Shown here piece by piece: positions 1 through 13,482 of a DNA stretch of 64,000 nt. Numbering within the stretch: position 1 is the stretch's first letter; each line of letters opens with the position of its first letter. The notes beneath the pieces were generated by a model. That model was not told the origin of the DNA, did not search any database, and saw nothing but the letters and a program-made list of their open reading frames with translations. The DNA lies in the NCBI GenBank assembly GCA_002633005.1, contig NMRA01000207.1, forward strand, positions 333,470-397,469, given 5' to 3'. The translations under genes and the position numbers were made by a program. The DNA is from Phoronis australis. Its lineage: Eukaryota; Animalia; Phoronida.

Positions 1-70
1 ACATCTAGTGACGAAATGGGTAACAAGTAACGTGAGTCCTTGTGATGCCTTGAGGAGTCCCTAACTTTGT

Positions 71-287
71 CAAGGTGCTCGCAGGCGCGTACCAAAAATT
101 GCGGATAGGCATTACTTTTTCAGCAAGTTTTGAGGGACCAGTGCAGAGTTCAATAGGTCCCTAAATTTCCATTGCGTCCTCGTGAGGCAGAACATCTGCC
201 CCGCAAAAGGGGGTGTGAATTATCACACCTGGCACCCGCAATAGGGGGCTTCTCAGCAATTTTTGGTACACGCCTGCGGGCACCTTG
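71..287. mobile_element. MITE-like element with ~32-bp terminal inverted repeats
   Basis: Left CAAGGTGCTCGCAGGCGCGTACCAAAAATTGC (71-102) is a near-perfect reverse complement of GCAATTTTTGGTACACGCCTGCGGGCACCTTG (256-287); no coding capacity. Confidence 0.6.
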
Positions 288-2974
288 TCAATAAGAGTGA
301 CTCCCCGGGTCGTGATGCCACCATCTTTGAAACAACTAAGGACCGGCAAAGACAACGATGCAAACCAATTCCAACTGTGAACCGGTCTCCTGTTGTTGCT
401 TAATAGGGTGAGAAATGGTTTTTGGGCTTTTTATGAACAGCGAGCTCGTTATTGGCTCAGTTGAGGCCGTGACTCGGCATATAAAACGGCCGTCCGTGAC
501 AAGCAAACTTATTGAACCTGATGTCGTCGAAAATCTAACTGCAACCCCTTACCAATCCCAGAAACCAGCTTTAAATTAAAGAATAAGTCGTGGCTAACAT
601 ACAGTGGTGTACACTAAAGGTTACTTTTTCGTCAGAAGGCGCGGGATTTATAGCACTTGTTTCAGTTCTCCTGGCACTGGGTAACCAATGGCATTAGCGC
701 GCTGAAATGATAGCGGAATCCCCCCCCCCCTCCCNTATCGCTATCCACTAATTTCAAACTTACCTATCACTAACAAAACGAGTGCCAAGATGTATTTCGA
801 CTTTTGTGAACAGCCGTGAGCATTCGGAGTTATGCACTGTGCGCGTCACTGCGAGGATATTCGAGTCCAACTTCAACACTTACAATAACACGATGTTTTT
901 TCAGGGATCATTTTTCCCATCAGCTCAGGACGCGTGTCGTGTGACCATTGTTGCGCTAGGAAAACACCATTACTTGTCAATACCGTGCACTATACAGGCA
1001 AATGCGATTAATTAACAGGAATTAATTGGCCCATTGTTTGATTGTTATTAGTTTAGTGCATAAAGAGAGGCGGCGTGACCGGACAAAAACCGGGAGATGT
1101 TTAACGATCTAACGCCCACCATCGAAGCGGAACAGACCGAGGGGCATAGCATTTAACATCCACGTCATTAAACTGAAATATATTTCCTGCGTATTTTTTG
1201 TCTTGATTGTACAATTCCGTGGGTCAAATTTCGCTTGAACAATGAAATTCAGACACAGTTTTTAAAGCATGATAACAGTTATTGAACTATCAACGAGACG
1301 TAACATTATCTGTAGAGGTTCCGGTTGTAAAGGATCGTTAACAACGTAACCTATCCTTAATCCTCCCGTCAACGTCTGCGGACCTGCACTTTGACGACTA
1401 CTACGTTGTGAAATTTTAGGGTTCATTTCACGTTTGTTCATCAGTTAAAAATGCTCACAGTTCCCAAGTATCTTAAATGTTGTTTTGATGTAATACAAGT
1501 GTTAGAACTTTCTTAACAACGTATGAAAGAATTCGTACCTACATAGTGAAATATCGCCATTGTGGGATCAATATTTAAGCAATAGTTTGCGACATCAAGG
1601 TATACAAATGCTCCCCCCACGCCCCTCACCCCGCACACACAAATGGTCAAAGAAGTGGTTTTATAAGCTTCCTGTGCCCTTTGGTTCATGTCCTAGGGGA
1701 GTTATGTTTGAAATAATTCCTGTAATGCGTGTACGGACGCGTACAGTGGTGAATCACAAGAAGGACCCATCAAAAGCTTCAGACCCCTAACACAGAAACG
1801 GCCCCAACATTTAGTGAACAAATTTTAATGCGCGGCTTTCAAACTCATTAGTTCCATGGTCAATACTGCATTATTTTCTTCCGAAGGCCCTAAGCTGTAA
1901 GACGTTTGGAGGACATGGTCATTCAAGCTGCCAGCCTTCCCCCCTCCACACACACACACTTTTCACAAGTCAGAACTTTTGACTCAGTTACACTTGTCAC
2001 AGCTTTTCCCTTCCCGTAACGGCAATGTTCGAGTTGCCCTTGCAAGAGCTTCAAACAACACGTGAAGATTTTCTTAGGTATAAATGTGTAGCTTTTAAGA
2101 TTCTAACGCGTTTTAAAAAACGTGACTCTGTGATGTCGGTTGACCTTTGAATTCACCGTTGCCAATGTGTTTGGTGGCCATTAAAATTATGAAGTACACA
2201 TAAGGCGTATGTGATGTTGATTTTTCGTGGGGAGCCGTATGACATAGAATTTCTTCACCCCTGGTCACCCGCAGTGACGTCCCCAGAGTTTCATCCCCCG
2301 GTTGCTACCACTTCCCCAGCTGTTAAGTTGTCAACTGTTCTTCCCATGTCGCCATCCTGTCGCCATCCATTCCATAACTTCCGGTTGCCGCCGATTTCTC
2401 CCTCCTCCCTTCATGCCTTCATGTATGTTTTTTGTATTTTTCAATTGGAAAGTTGCCAGAATTTTTTCTTTTTTGGCTGACAACTGTCACCCCCCCCCCT
2501 CGTCCCGTCCCCCTCTCCATGCCTAATACGCCTATGCAAGTACGCTTTTTCTACAGACAGTGTCATGGATACTTCGACACGTGAACTTCGACCTCCTCAT
2601 GAAATGTCTGCAAAATACAGAACGTTGAGTTGCAGCCTGATAATTTCTTGCAACGTTGCCAAGGCAACACTGCTGCTTAAAAATTGTCTGGCTGACAATG
2701 TAAGAACTAAAGTGCCGTAAAGAGCTGAAATCAAATTATGCGTAAATGACAAACGATGTGTCCATTTCATAAGGTGTAACAAGGATGTTTTGCATTCGTA
2801 CGCCTACATCTGTCTTGAGGCTTCTTTGGTCTCAGCAACATCAAAGCTCGATGCAGAGATCATTTTTTACATACCACGATCTAAAATAATCCTTCATGAG
2901 AGTTTTAAGAGGCTTAGACAAAGTTTTATGGATAATGTTAATATAAATAGCATCAGATGGTAGTATAAGGATGA

Positions 2975-2978
2975 TAAC

Positions 2979-3010
<32 letters not shown>

Positions 3011-3065
3011 GAAGAAGAAAAAGAAGAAGTAGAAGAAGACGAAGAAGCAAAGAATATGAAGAAGG
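2975..3065. repeat. (AAT)n then (AAG)n simple repeats
   Basis: Direct read; explains the spurious poly-Ile/Leu ORF at 2841-3050. Confidence 0.85.
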
Positions 3066-5466
3066 AGACTAACGATAGTGATAATTATAAAGATAATATA
3101 AAATACAATACTTATGTGGACGCTTAAAAAATCCAGAGGTCTTCACTAAATTATTATGCTCTACTGAAAGGTTTCGGCCTGTTCATCCTCCCTCCATCGC
3201 GGCTCCAGTGGGGAGTTTAGAATACTTGCAAAGAGAATTACTGAACCACGAACGCTTTTCTAAGCCTGATTCACGTTTGCCGCTGTGACGGCGGCGGGAA
3301 TTTAACTCCTGGGTCCTCCACCTCTATCTTGGCTCCAAATTACGAGAGATTTGGTTCGTCCACATGCTTAGAAAGCATTGTGCGAGTGAAGTCTATTTTT
3401 AATCGATCTAAATACGACAGGCAAGGACGGAATGAATTTGCAACAACCTAATGAATATATACGACACAACCAGGTAACCGAGAATGTAATCTCCCACGCG
3501 TACAATTGGAAACTTCAGTTCTATTTTAGTATTAAATTATTCAAATGTTATTAAACCAACATGACAGCTGACAGTCACAGTACAGCAAGAGGGACACAGG
3601 AAGCGTTCACGTATAATAATACAGCACAAATTCTAGTAAAAGCACAACCTACCTGTCGTATGCGACTGAATGGAGATAGTAAACTCACGAAAACGGTGGG
3701 CGATATTATTAATAGTGTAAATAAAAGGGTTAATTGTTACTACTAGCCAGCGTGATACATGCGATAAACCTTTTATGAAAGTCTATCGCCTCCCTATTGA
3801 ATATCATCCTGTCGAACAATATGTCCAAAGAATACCTTACCAGCTTTCGAATGAAACTAATTGTGTGATGCCGATCGGGTAAACTCAACCAAATGGAAAC
3901 CCTTCTTCGAAAATCAATGCATTTTGCTGAAGGTGTGACATAACACGTTCGCGCCTTGATTTCTCAAAGCACTTCGATACAATAGATCAGCCGTTGTGTA
4001 AACGAAGCGTTGATGTGCCGTGAGGTGTTTTATGAGCGGTAAATTACGACTTTCGTCATGTAGATTGAATGGGGCGACGAGTGACGAAATCAACGTAAAG
4101 GGATGAGGCGATAAAAATTAATGTTGTTTATTAGAGGAAACATAACTGTAGCGTTACGCATTTGACGATAATCTACACGTGACCGCCAGAACAGTTAGAC
4201 GTATTAGAAGCTACACCTATACATAGCCGTAGGCAATAAAGCGCCACAGCAGGGCAGATATCACAGGTGTTCGGCCAGTCTATCTAGGAACGTGCGCACT
4301 ATTCTCACTAATATCGACCAAACATGTACTTAGACGACGCAGCACTTGTCGATAGACAAAGTCCATTGATTCAAACTCACAGTCCATCAACAGGCATGCA
4401 GAAATCATTGAAGACACAGAGTTCACCAACTCACTCTGGTCTATGCCGTTGATAAAACGTGAACTGCACAGCGACAGGGTAGCCAGCTGGTGGACACTTG
4501 CATCAACAATCCACGAAACTGAGCGCACTTAGAAACAGGTTTTAATGTCTCGGACATTTACATGGTTTTCGTTTTCAATACGCACTGCAAATTTGACGGT
4601 GCAGCGCCTGTTTCAGCTAGTCAATTCAACTGGCGAGTTTACAGAATACACGAAAGCTAGAACCCTGTCCTACTAAAAACAATGAAATCTCCACTAGGTT
4701 TGTAATGCGCACTGGTTAACAAAACATCGGTATCAATGAAAACAGTTTGCCATGGTAACTAACTCCGTAGTTATCTAAAGTCTACAAACCAGCGTTGACC
4801 ACTGCAGGGACGTTTTGAAACTATCGCTTCATACCTCCCAGAAACGCGCACGATGCAATATTTTCTTTTCCATCATGGTCTAGACTCACGATTTGTCTGT
4901 CTTAGCTTTGGTGAAAGTTGCTAAACTGCTAAGTAGGATTCAATAACGGTAGATTCACAAAAAACGCACGGCGGCGCTCCCTTACAGACACGGCGGACAC
5001 CCGACTCGTCGTTCTAAACCTGAACTACCCAACCAATGGATCAAATTAATAGTAGAGATCAAAAGCTGTTTAGAATCAACGACAAACACAGTGATTCATT
5101 GTACTCAGCGCGGTTTTTCAGAACTGTCAAAACAACCATTATAATTAAATATTAGAACATTTGGCATGTCGAATAGCATACAGACGTAGCAAGCGAAAAT
5201 TGTCCACAACCATGACTGGCAGGGCTTTTGTTATTTAGTGTGAGAAATAAGGGGAGTTATGAGCTAAAATTTTGCAATATAGTTCAGTTTGAATTAGTGT
5301 GTTTGTAAACGAATATTAACGCATTTAGTAGCCTCTGTTATGAATATCGAAAATACTGCCTCATAAAAATGTCAGGTTGCACACAAATTTTGTTACCAGG
5401 AAACATTTGGTTGGTTTTTCATCATAGAATTTTGAAAGTAATTGCGCAAAATTCTCAGAGAAAAAC

Positions 5467-5533
5467 CACGTGGAAGAGAAAGTGACGTCAGGAAGTGACA
5501 CTCTAGTGTTCATTCTCTTGTCCTTGTATAAAA
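5467..5533 (+). promoter_or_regulatory. Compact motif cluster: E-box, CRE, ETS site, TATA-like box
   Basis: CACGTG 5467-5472, TGACGTCA 5483-5490, CAGGAAGTG 5489-5497, TATAAAA 5527-5533; target gene not identified. Confidence 0.3.
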
Positions 5534-7413
5534 GTTCAATCTAGAAAACATGGCGGGAACTACCTTTTCAACTGCAACACAACTTCCGTTCATGATCTCT
5601 CTCACCACAGTACACCATGGGTGTCTTAGTTTCCAGCGTATTCTGACCGCTTGTCGTAATGATCTGCTACATTATAATCGTATCATTACCGACGGACTTT
5701 TTCGACAACAAATTTCTGCTATCCCTGCCTAAGATGCCTGAGACTCTATGTAAAAGTTAATCACACCTCTCGGTCCTTTTTATCAGCATTAGGGGGGACT
5801 ACGCGTTCAGACTCGAATATTAATTCAAACTTTGTCACAGGCACTCATTTGTGCGGACTCTACCCTACATCACCATATTTCGGATCAATAGCATCCCATA
5901 ATCCCTTTCATAATTGCCAATCAACATAGCTAGGATAGTGTATTCCATCATAAGTGCTAACCGTAATGATGTCCATAACAAAGTAGGCAGCAATTATCCT
6001 ACACCCCCCGGAGGCAATCCAGTCATCGAACACGACTCTTATCTCACCTTTGGTGTTACAAGATATGCAGGGCGAATCAACGAGCGGAGCTAGAGCCCGT
6101 CACATTTTCCTTCCCGCTAATACACACAATTTAAATCTTCAACAATATTTCTAGCAAAACGGATATTCCAGATATTGTTGTCTCGTTGAGCTGCCTTCTT
6201 GATTTTATCTTATGAAAGGAAGTAATTCTGAATTTCATCACTTCTCCTAGTGTGGCACAAACCCGCGTCCCTTTCGAGCTGAATGGAGACTTACTGCAGT
6301 CTGATCCAGTTTTTTCTGGCCAGAAAACGATTTTGAACGGAAATTAATCTAGGCGCATTTTCATGTCCTTGGTGGAAACCAAGTATAAACATAACAGGCA
6401 GAAATTTGCAGGTAACCTTCCAACTTAAAAACACGAGCAATGTTGGAATGTTCGTCTTTTTACAAAATCACTATTTTTGTCGTCAACTATAATGAATGTT
6501 GTCCAAACATTTTCAAAAACAGCACTTTGATCGACCCGCCGCATTTTCATTCTCATAGTTGCAGGCTACAGCAACGAATCACTGTTATAGTCGCGTGTCG
6601 TTCCCCAACCCTGTCGTACAGGTGTAGAGGACGTAGGTCCCAAGATAAACAGTGTATGGTTACAGTTGTAGCGGATTAAACATGGCTGATACAAACTAAT
6701 GATATTATATGTCGACGCGTCTGTTATCCCCTGACAAGAATTCAGACGCTAACTTAATCCCTTCAACGATGGTGTTAGAACAGTTTGAACTAGCGCACTG
6801 TGTACAGATATACATAAACGATTCTGTAAAAAGATGTAATAAAAGTATTGCCCGGAGCGAAAAAAAGAACAAATCTGTAGTTTTGAATGTAACCCAAACC
6901 ATTGAGCGTATTTCAGTGATTCTAAAGTTCTTGTATTTGGACATGGTAATGCTGAACGGTGTGGTGTTGACGTCACGTTGTGATCATGATGTTCAAATAC
7001 TATCAAAAACACGTGTGAAGCGCTGTTTGACCTTTTGAACCGTACATTGACCCTTGGCGTGCGTAAGCTTTCCTAACCTACGTGAATTATTCAATTTGGT
7101 GAGCTATGGATTAAATAGACAATAACGCAGTTATTTTTAAAAAATCCATTTGCCATGATATATATTTTCAAGCACGCGCGTGCATACTTGCGTGTATGAT
7201 AGCTACGCCCCTTACACGTTTCGAAATTGTTCGCTCTAGTCACCACGCACAATTGTGTCATTTTGGAGAAGACTCGATTGTGTACCAATTCTCCGAAGAA
7301 GTAGCTCAGCGAAGCCAGGAGAGTGCAGAGTAGACCAATCTACCAGGGAAAAGTAATCTCGCAAAATCACTCAAGTGAAAGGCTAATGTTTTGCGTGTAT
7401 GATCGAGCGCTTA

Positions 7414-7427
7414 GTTGCCATGGAGAC
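7414..7427 (+). promoter_or_regulatory. RFX X-box-like motif
   Basis: GTTGCCATGGAGAC resembles the X-box consensus GTTGCCATGGCAAC; ~120 bp upstream of AAGATG...GAG|GTAACT (7550-7576). Confidence 0.4.
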
Positions 7428-10400
7428 TCTTCAACTGATCGGTCGGTGTGGTTGGAGTGTTGAATTATGGGATTGAATTTACCGTTTCCGCTCCATAAGG
7501 GGAATTTTTCGTCGCAATAGTAGATGCGGTCTACAGATCGCAGCTCAAGATGTCAAACGAAAAGCAAGGCAATGAGGTAACTCTAAATACATAATCATCC
7601 TACTTGGCAATAATCATGGCTTGTCATATTTCTCAGCATTTGAAAAACAAAACTTTTACATTAAAATGCACCAACCTGTTATTCTGCTGTCAACGCATCT
7701 ATGACACAAAATGGCTGCATGAGAAGTCACGTAAAATGTTAGATGACACCGATTAATGGAAACGTATTTTAAAACGCGTGAAGAGTCATGAATCATTCGT
7801 GACATGAATCTCCTATGTGACCAACTGATACTTTGCATGTTACGGACATTAAAGGCCCATGGGGCCTTTTGAAAGAAATACTAATTTTAGATAAAACCAA
7901 TACCTTGATTCATTGCGAGCATTCATTCATGTGCTAATTGAGTTTGTTGTCTGACACTTGGATTTCCACCTTTACTCGCTGTGAAAATTGTGTAAATGTA
8001 AACTTAATGTTGTATTATACGTCTCAAGTGCAGTCATCAAATTCTATCTGCCATGGACCAAAACTTATAGATTACCATGGGATAGGCACCGCGTTCCTGA
8101 ATCGGCCACCAGCTACAGTCGCTTGGGATTTGCCAAGTTCGACGAGTAGTTGTATGTAAACACCGACATACGATTCGCCAGCTGGCTTGTTGTGCGAGAT
8201 GTTAACCAAACAACGAGATCGATACGGAAACAAAACCCAAGATGTAAATAAAAAGGATATGTCATTTGATTTACGCTTGCTGATGATATAATAATCAATG
8301 GACTAAAATTGCATTAAACACGATACGATTAGTCGCCACGTGTAAGACTCCTAATGGACCAAGTAAATTTCATTTTTTTTTTTCAATCAAGAATTAGACG
8401 CATGGAAGTGTTCATAACACTTTCAGCATTTACAGTGTTCTGAAAATTAAATCTTGACGCTACTGACAATTGCATAGTATGCTATGTATCACTGAAAACT
8501 GCACTTGTCAGCAACCATGAGGAATTGTATAGAAATCACATTTTCCAGATTATAGGCCTTTTCCGAGTATGATACGAATTTTTCGTGGAGTTTTCAATTC
8601 CCTGACAGTAATAGCCCTAGTACAGACACTTTATAATGTGTGAATGGCGTGTTTATGACCTTAGAAATCACACTGACTCTGAAATAAAACATTTCTACAC
8701 AACACTCCGATCCTTCGATCGATAACAAGTTTGACATCAAAAGTGTAAAAAAGACGACGCGGAAACGCATTGGCGTACTCAATTCTGTGGAATTCTAATC
8801 AATCACACGGCGAGGTTTTATAGAGCGCGCACTTTTTGCGCAGCCGAGTTACTTCCGTGTGTCGTTTTTTCAGTTTAGAAAACATCAAATTTGCCAGACA
8901 TGACACAACTTACGACCAAAATAATAACACAACACTTTTCTAAGTTGTGTTTAGTGCATTGAAACAAAGTCTGCATAATGAACTTTGGACTCAACAGACA
9001 ATCTGAAGAATGCAAACAGAAACATGCATTAAGTTTCACAAGATTTGATTCGTTTATAGAATCACTTTGTCGTCGTATACCACTATGCCAATAGCCCGCC
9101 ACACGCGGTCTGCCGGCTATTATTTAATTTTAGGTAATTTAATGCTCTGATGATGTTACAAGGAGTTGTTGACAGAACAATTTGAGTCGCCATTATTTCG
9201 GTAGCTTTTACCTTTTTTAGTTTCTAGCGTTATCGTGCACGTTTGCTGAGCACGCGAATTTAACGCACATCCAATCGCGAAACGTTTGATACTTACACAC
9301 CAGCATTTGAAACGACCCGCATGTACACGTACTTTCCACTTTTCCTTGCTCTATAAGACCAGTTATCCGACACAGTTTGTTCAGAGTGAACAAATAATCC
9401 CGATTGATATTTGCTGCAAATCAAGTATGCACTGATGCTGTCACTGATATGTTATGTTCCTATCGCTCATCCTCGTTTGAACCTCGGCATACAAGCCGTG
9501 TACTCACGGACATGAACGATGGACGGGATCGTTGACACTCTCTAGCTAGCGAGTTACGGGTCCGTCTTCGCCCTGGGGTGATTACCGGTATGCTTAGTCG
9601 AATGAACTATTGCTCTGACCAAGAGGCAAATATGTTTGAGATAATTAGAATAACATCAATCTGCCTGTTGTTTTCTGAGTACCGACCGCAGCGTTTGATA
9701 GCGCGCAGAGAGAAACACGCACCTGTTTTCACAATACACATTTATATCGAGAAGTACAGGGTACACCAAAAAGCAGTTGCCCAACGTTCTAATGTCCAAG
9801 CAAATATTAGTGCCGCAACAAAGAAAAATTGTAAAACGTATTCTTTCGAAACATAGAGAAGTACACGTATGAAATGCTCAAATGATTTCAGAAGTGTTGA
9901 AGGGAATTTGGACATCCGCTTTTCCCGGGGCACTATCCAAAAATCCCGCCACCAACGTTTAGGTAATGCCTTCAAAAGAGAACCTGATAGAGTGTCTTGG
10001 GAGGGCAAAAAAGTGTATCCAATGAAGTAAAATATCTGGAGTTTATTTGAAGCTTGAACATGACCTTTTGAAATGATTCATACAATTGTTATGATGTTAA
10101 GTTAAATATACACAAATAAAGCATGACATTTCATCAATGAGATCAGAATGGTTTAGTTACATTTTCTGGCTGTATATATTGTTGATTTAACGTCGTGAAT
10201 ATAAGCATGAAAAACAGCTCGCTGACGTATTCCCTAGATTCCTCCAATACCTGGTTATGTTGTTATGGATAACTCCTACAAATATATGATTTTCTCTCTC
10301 TAATACCTTTTTTGAATCCCAGAACAGCGTCTACAGACAAGCATTTTATTCAAGCTGCACGACACTGAATATCGTCAACCATTTTGTTTCCGGTCCCCGA

Positions 10401-12478
10401 GTCGTGATAGTTTTGTTCAGAATGCGCGGAATATGGTCATCGAAAAGAGTCATTAAGGCTTACAGCAACCCTGGATGAGGAAATGGTCATTTGTTTTGCT
10501 AATTAATACAAATGTAATTGAAAACAATTGTTATATGCTTTGTTTAGCTTACAAGGACGCTCTTAATGGCATCGCATTTGTAAAACGCTAAAAGCCCAGC
10601 TGTTCGCGATCGGTTCACCCCAGTTTGTGCCTGGATGCGCCATTATTTCCAACAAGATTTGACAGCAGCGCCACCTGCTTTTCAGCTTTTGCAACTGCCG
10701 TGTTCGTACCGAGTTACAGCGATAATACCACTCGCTTAAAGTTGCTATGTCTCATTGAATTGTGGATATGTAAACGAAGTAATAGTTTACAAACAACCCC
10801 GAGTCTTCCACTATGCCGGAAACCACCCGAGAACCAGTTAACATTACAATCTCGCGAAAGCCTCGTTTTGCGAGACAATTTTTTTGTAAATCGTTACCCT
10901 AATGAAACAAGGCACAGTTTTTATTATTTTTTCATTTCACTATCAAATAACGATTGCATAGTAGTTGGAATTATTACTTACAATACTTGTTTTTATGTGT
11001 ATCACCTCTGGTGTAAATCGTTAAAACCGCAATTTATTTACAAATTGTTTCTTTTCCTGATTATACTTTTACACACAATTCTCTTGGAAGTCACGTGGTG
11101 GCGCTTGCTACAAATTTGAATATTCATGGTTTTAATGAGACATAGTGTTAGAGTTACAACTTTTCAAACGAGTTTTGAAGTGTTCAGACCGGGAGTTACA
11201 ACCTATACATCGACTTAAAAGTTGTAATGGAAAAATTTGAAAATATTCCAAGAACTGTGTAAAATCTGCAATTTTTAATGAAATTTCTACAACATACGAT
11301 TAACATTTCTTTAATTTGTATGAAGATCATCAACGATTCCTGGTAATCTTGTGAGCGTGGTGAGCAGACGACCGTTGCAAATTCCAACGTTCGATGTAGG
11401 GCCGGCGTCGTGGCCGAAATCGAAAACAATTCATCAGAATACGACTGCCTATGGTAAAAAGCAGAAAACACCGACGTCGAGAAGGTACCCAATGGCTGGT
11501 GTCTTTTACGAATATATGTCCTCAACTGTGTGCCGTTTCCTTCGCAGTTTTAAGTTTAAAATACTTTGGAACCACCCTGTAATACACCCCATGACAGGGC
11601 AAATGCAGCGATGCATTCACCAAGGTGCGAAGAGTAAATAAAGAAAATATGCCTAGCTTTGTTGATCCGTCAAGTGTTAACGCTTGCACACCTAAGCCAG
11701 TCGACACTTTCTTTATAGCTATGTATCGCTTTCATTCGTGATTTAGTGAAAACCCAGTTGTTCAAATACTAATATGAACCGCTAAAACGGTCACACGGAT
11801 TGGCCAAACAGGGTTGCGCAAGCCAGAGATCAATACTGCATAGACGAGCACCAGCTTTTTGGCAGTTACTCGAACGCTTGCACATTCCTGTGAGAATCAA
11901 AACGCAGTTGTTCCATAGATTAATCGGCAAGGGTCACTTACGGGAACCTCGCATTTTTGAGAAAGAGATTTCTAAACTGAATAACGCGCATCAAACTGGT
12001 TGTCAAAATGCGCTACCCCTGTGACTGTCGTTTTCTTCCCCACCAAGTACTAAATGTGTTCGATGGCGACAAATAACTATGAGACTCCATGGCGAAGAGA
12101 TGGTCACGTGAATTTTACATGGCCAACGCAGCATTGAAAAAAGTGGGGCCGGCTATAGCCATCCCCCACCCGCCCCTATGAAACCCCATCTATGTTTTAC
12201 CAAGAAAACAGTTGCTGACTTTTGAACACCATTGATTTCACCGTACATTGCTTCACAAATTCCACGGTTCAAATATGAATACAGACCTATACCAACTAAT
12301 GCCCGCTCTCCCAATGTACATTTTCATCTGACACGGTTCCTCTGTAAGCGTTTTTATTAAATATATATCTCATTTAATGTGATATACTTAATGAAGTTTT
12401 ATTGCGTTTTAAAACAATGACCTGAACCGCTGTAGTATTTCCAATATGTATGCCTACATCTGTCGTTGATATTAAGGG

Positions 12479-12858
12479 TACCATAGAATCATGCGCATCT
12501 TAAAAACGAACCACTTACGAACCTATAAATCATGCATACGAACCCATGAGTCACGACTACAAACCTAAAAATCAAGCATACGAACAAAAACCATGCACAC
12601 GAACCACAATAATCATACATGCAAACACAAAGCCATACACACGAGCATCAAATCAGACGCACGAATACTGATAGCCAGGTGATTCGCGCGTCGTATGATT
12701 CGGATGCTCGTGCGTCGACTTGTATGTGTGATTTTTGTGGTTCGTGCGAATGTTTTTTGTTCGTATGCGTGAATTTTGGGCTCGGATGTGAGATTCATAG
12801 GTTCGTATGCATCATTCATAAGTTCGTAGGTGATTCGTGCGTAAGATATTCTATGGTA
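12479..12858. mobile_element. Foldback/palindromic element (~380 bp) built from short CATACGAAC-like units
   Basis: Ends TACCATAGAAT / ATTCTATGGTA; the left arm GCATACGAACAAAAACCATGCACACGAACCACAA is mirrored by the right arm TTGTGGTTCGTGCGAATGTTTTTTGTTCGTATGC. Confidence 0.7.
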
Positions 12859-13349
12859 TTCCTGGATATGTCTCCTGGCCTTCTGTTGGAATCATGGGAG
12901 CGAAGTGCTGTCTTATGAGCACAGGTTTCATAGACGTAAAGCAATGCGTAAAGGTCCTCGTTAATGCTACAAAATTGCATTTCTGGATAAATTCTTTAAA
13001 TTACAAAGAATGTGGTAAGGCGTCCTTTACAGTATTACTGTGACCGATCTAAAGTGGCTAGGAAACGGGTATTGTTACGGCCTTCAATCCCACCAATGTG
13101 GCATTTCCCGCACGCAAAGAGAACACGTTGTCTGCTGATCGATACATTTTTAATCCCGCGGAAAATCAGATAATTGTCGTTTGGTGAGTGTAACTCAATA
13201 ATAGCAGTAGCAATTAAAGTAAGCTCTTCATTCTGTAGGGTTGGATACCGAGTAGGTGACGATAATTACATTAGTACTTACTAATCCGCTAAATATTAAG
13301 CCACGATCTTATTACAATGCTTTGCGACTTCTAGCATCTAGCGCATGGA

Positions 13350-13482
13350 TGATGAATAATAATAATAACAATGACAATAATAATGATAGTAATAATGGTG
13401 GTACTAATAATTGTTACAAAAACAATGACAGTAATGATAATAATGATACTGATAATCATAATGATAATGATAATAATATTAT
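13350..13482. repeat. Degenerate (AAT/GAT)n trinucleotide tract
   Basis: Direct read; source of the poly-Asn and poly-Ile spurious ORFs. Confidence 0.8.

Noticed and set aside
2199-2536. Possible sixth 5-bp-TSD element (CATAAGGCGTAT ... ATACGCCTATG)
   Set aside because: Inverted ends are visible, but the flanks do not give an exact TSD, so it was not counted
4280-4528. 82-aa minus-strand ORF with protein-like composition
   Set aside because: No recognisable homology, no ATG start, and no convincing splice partners; cannot be supported
10625-11641. ORFs of 164, 109 and 96 aa
   Set aside because: Non-ATG starts, no motifs, composition consistent with chance ORFs in AT-rich DNA
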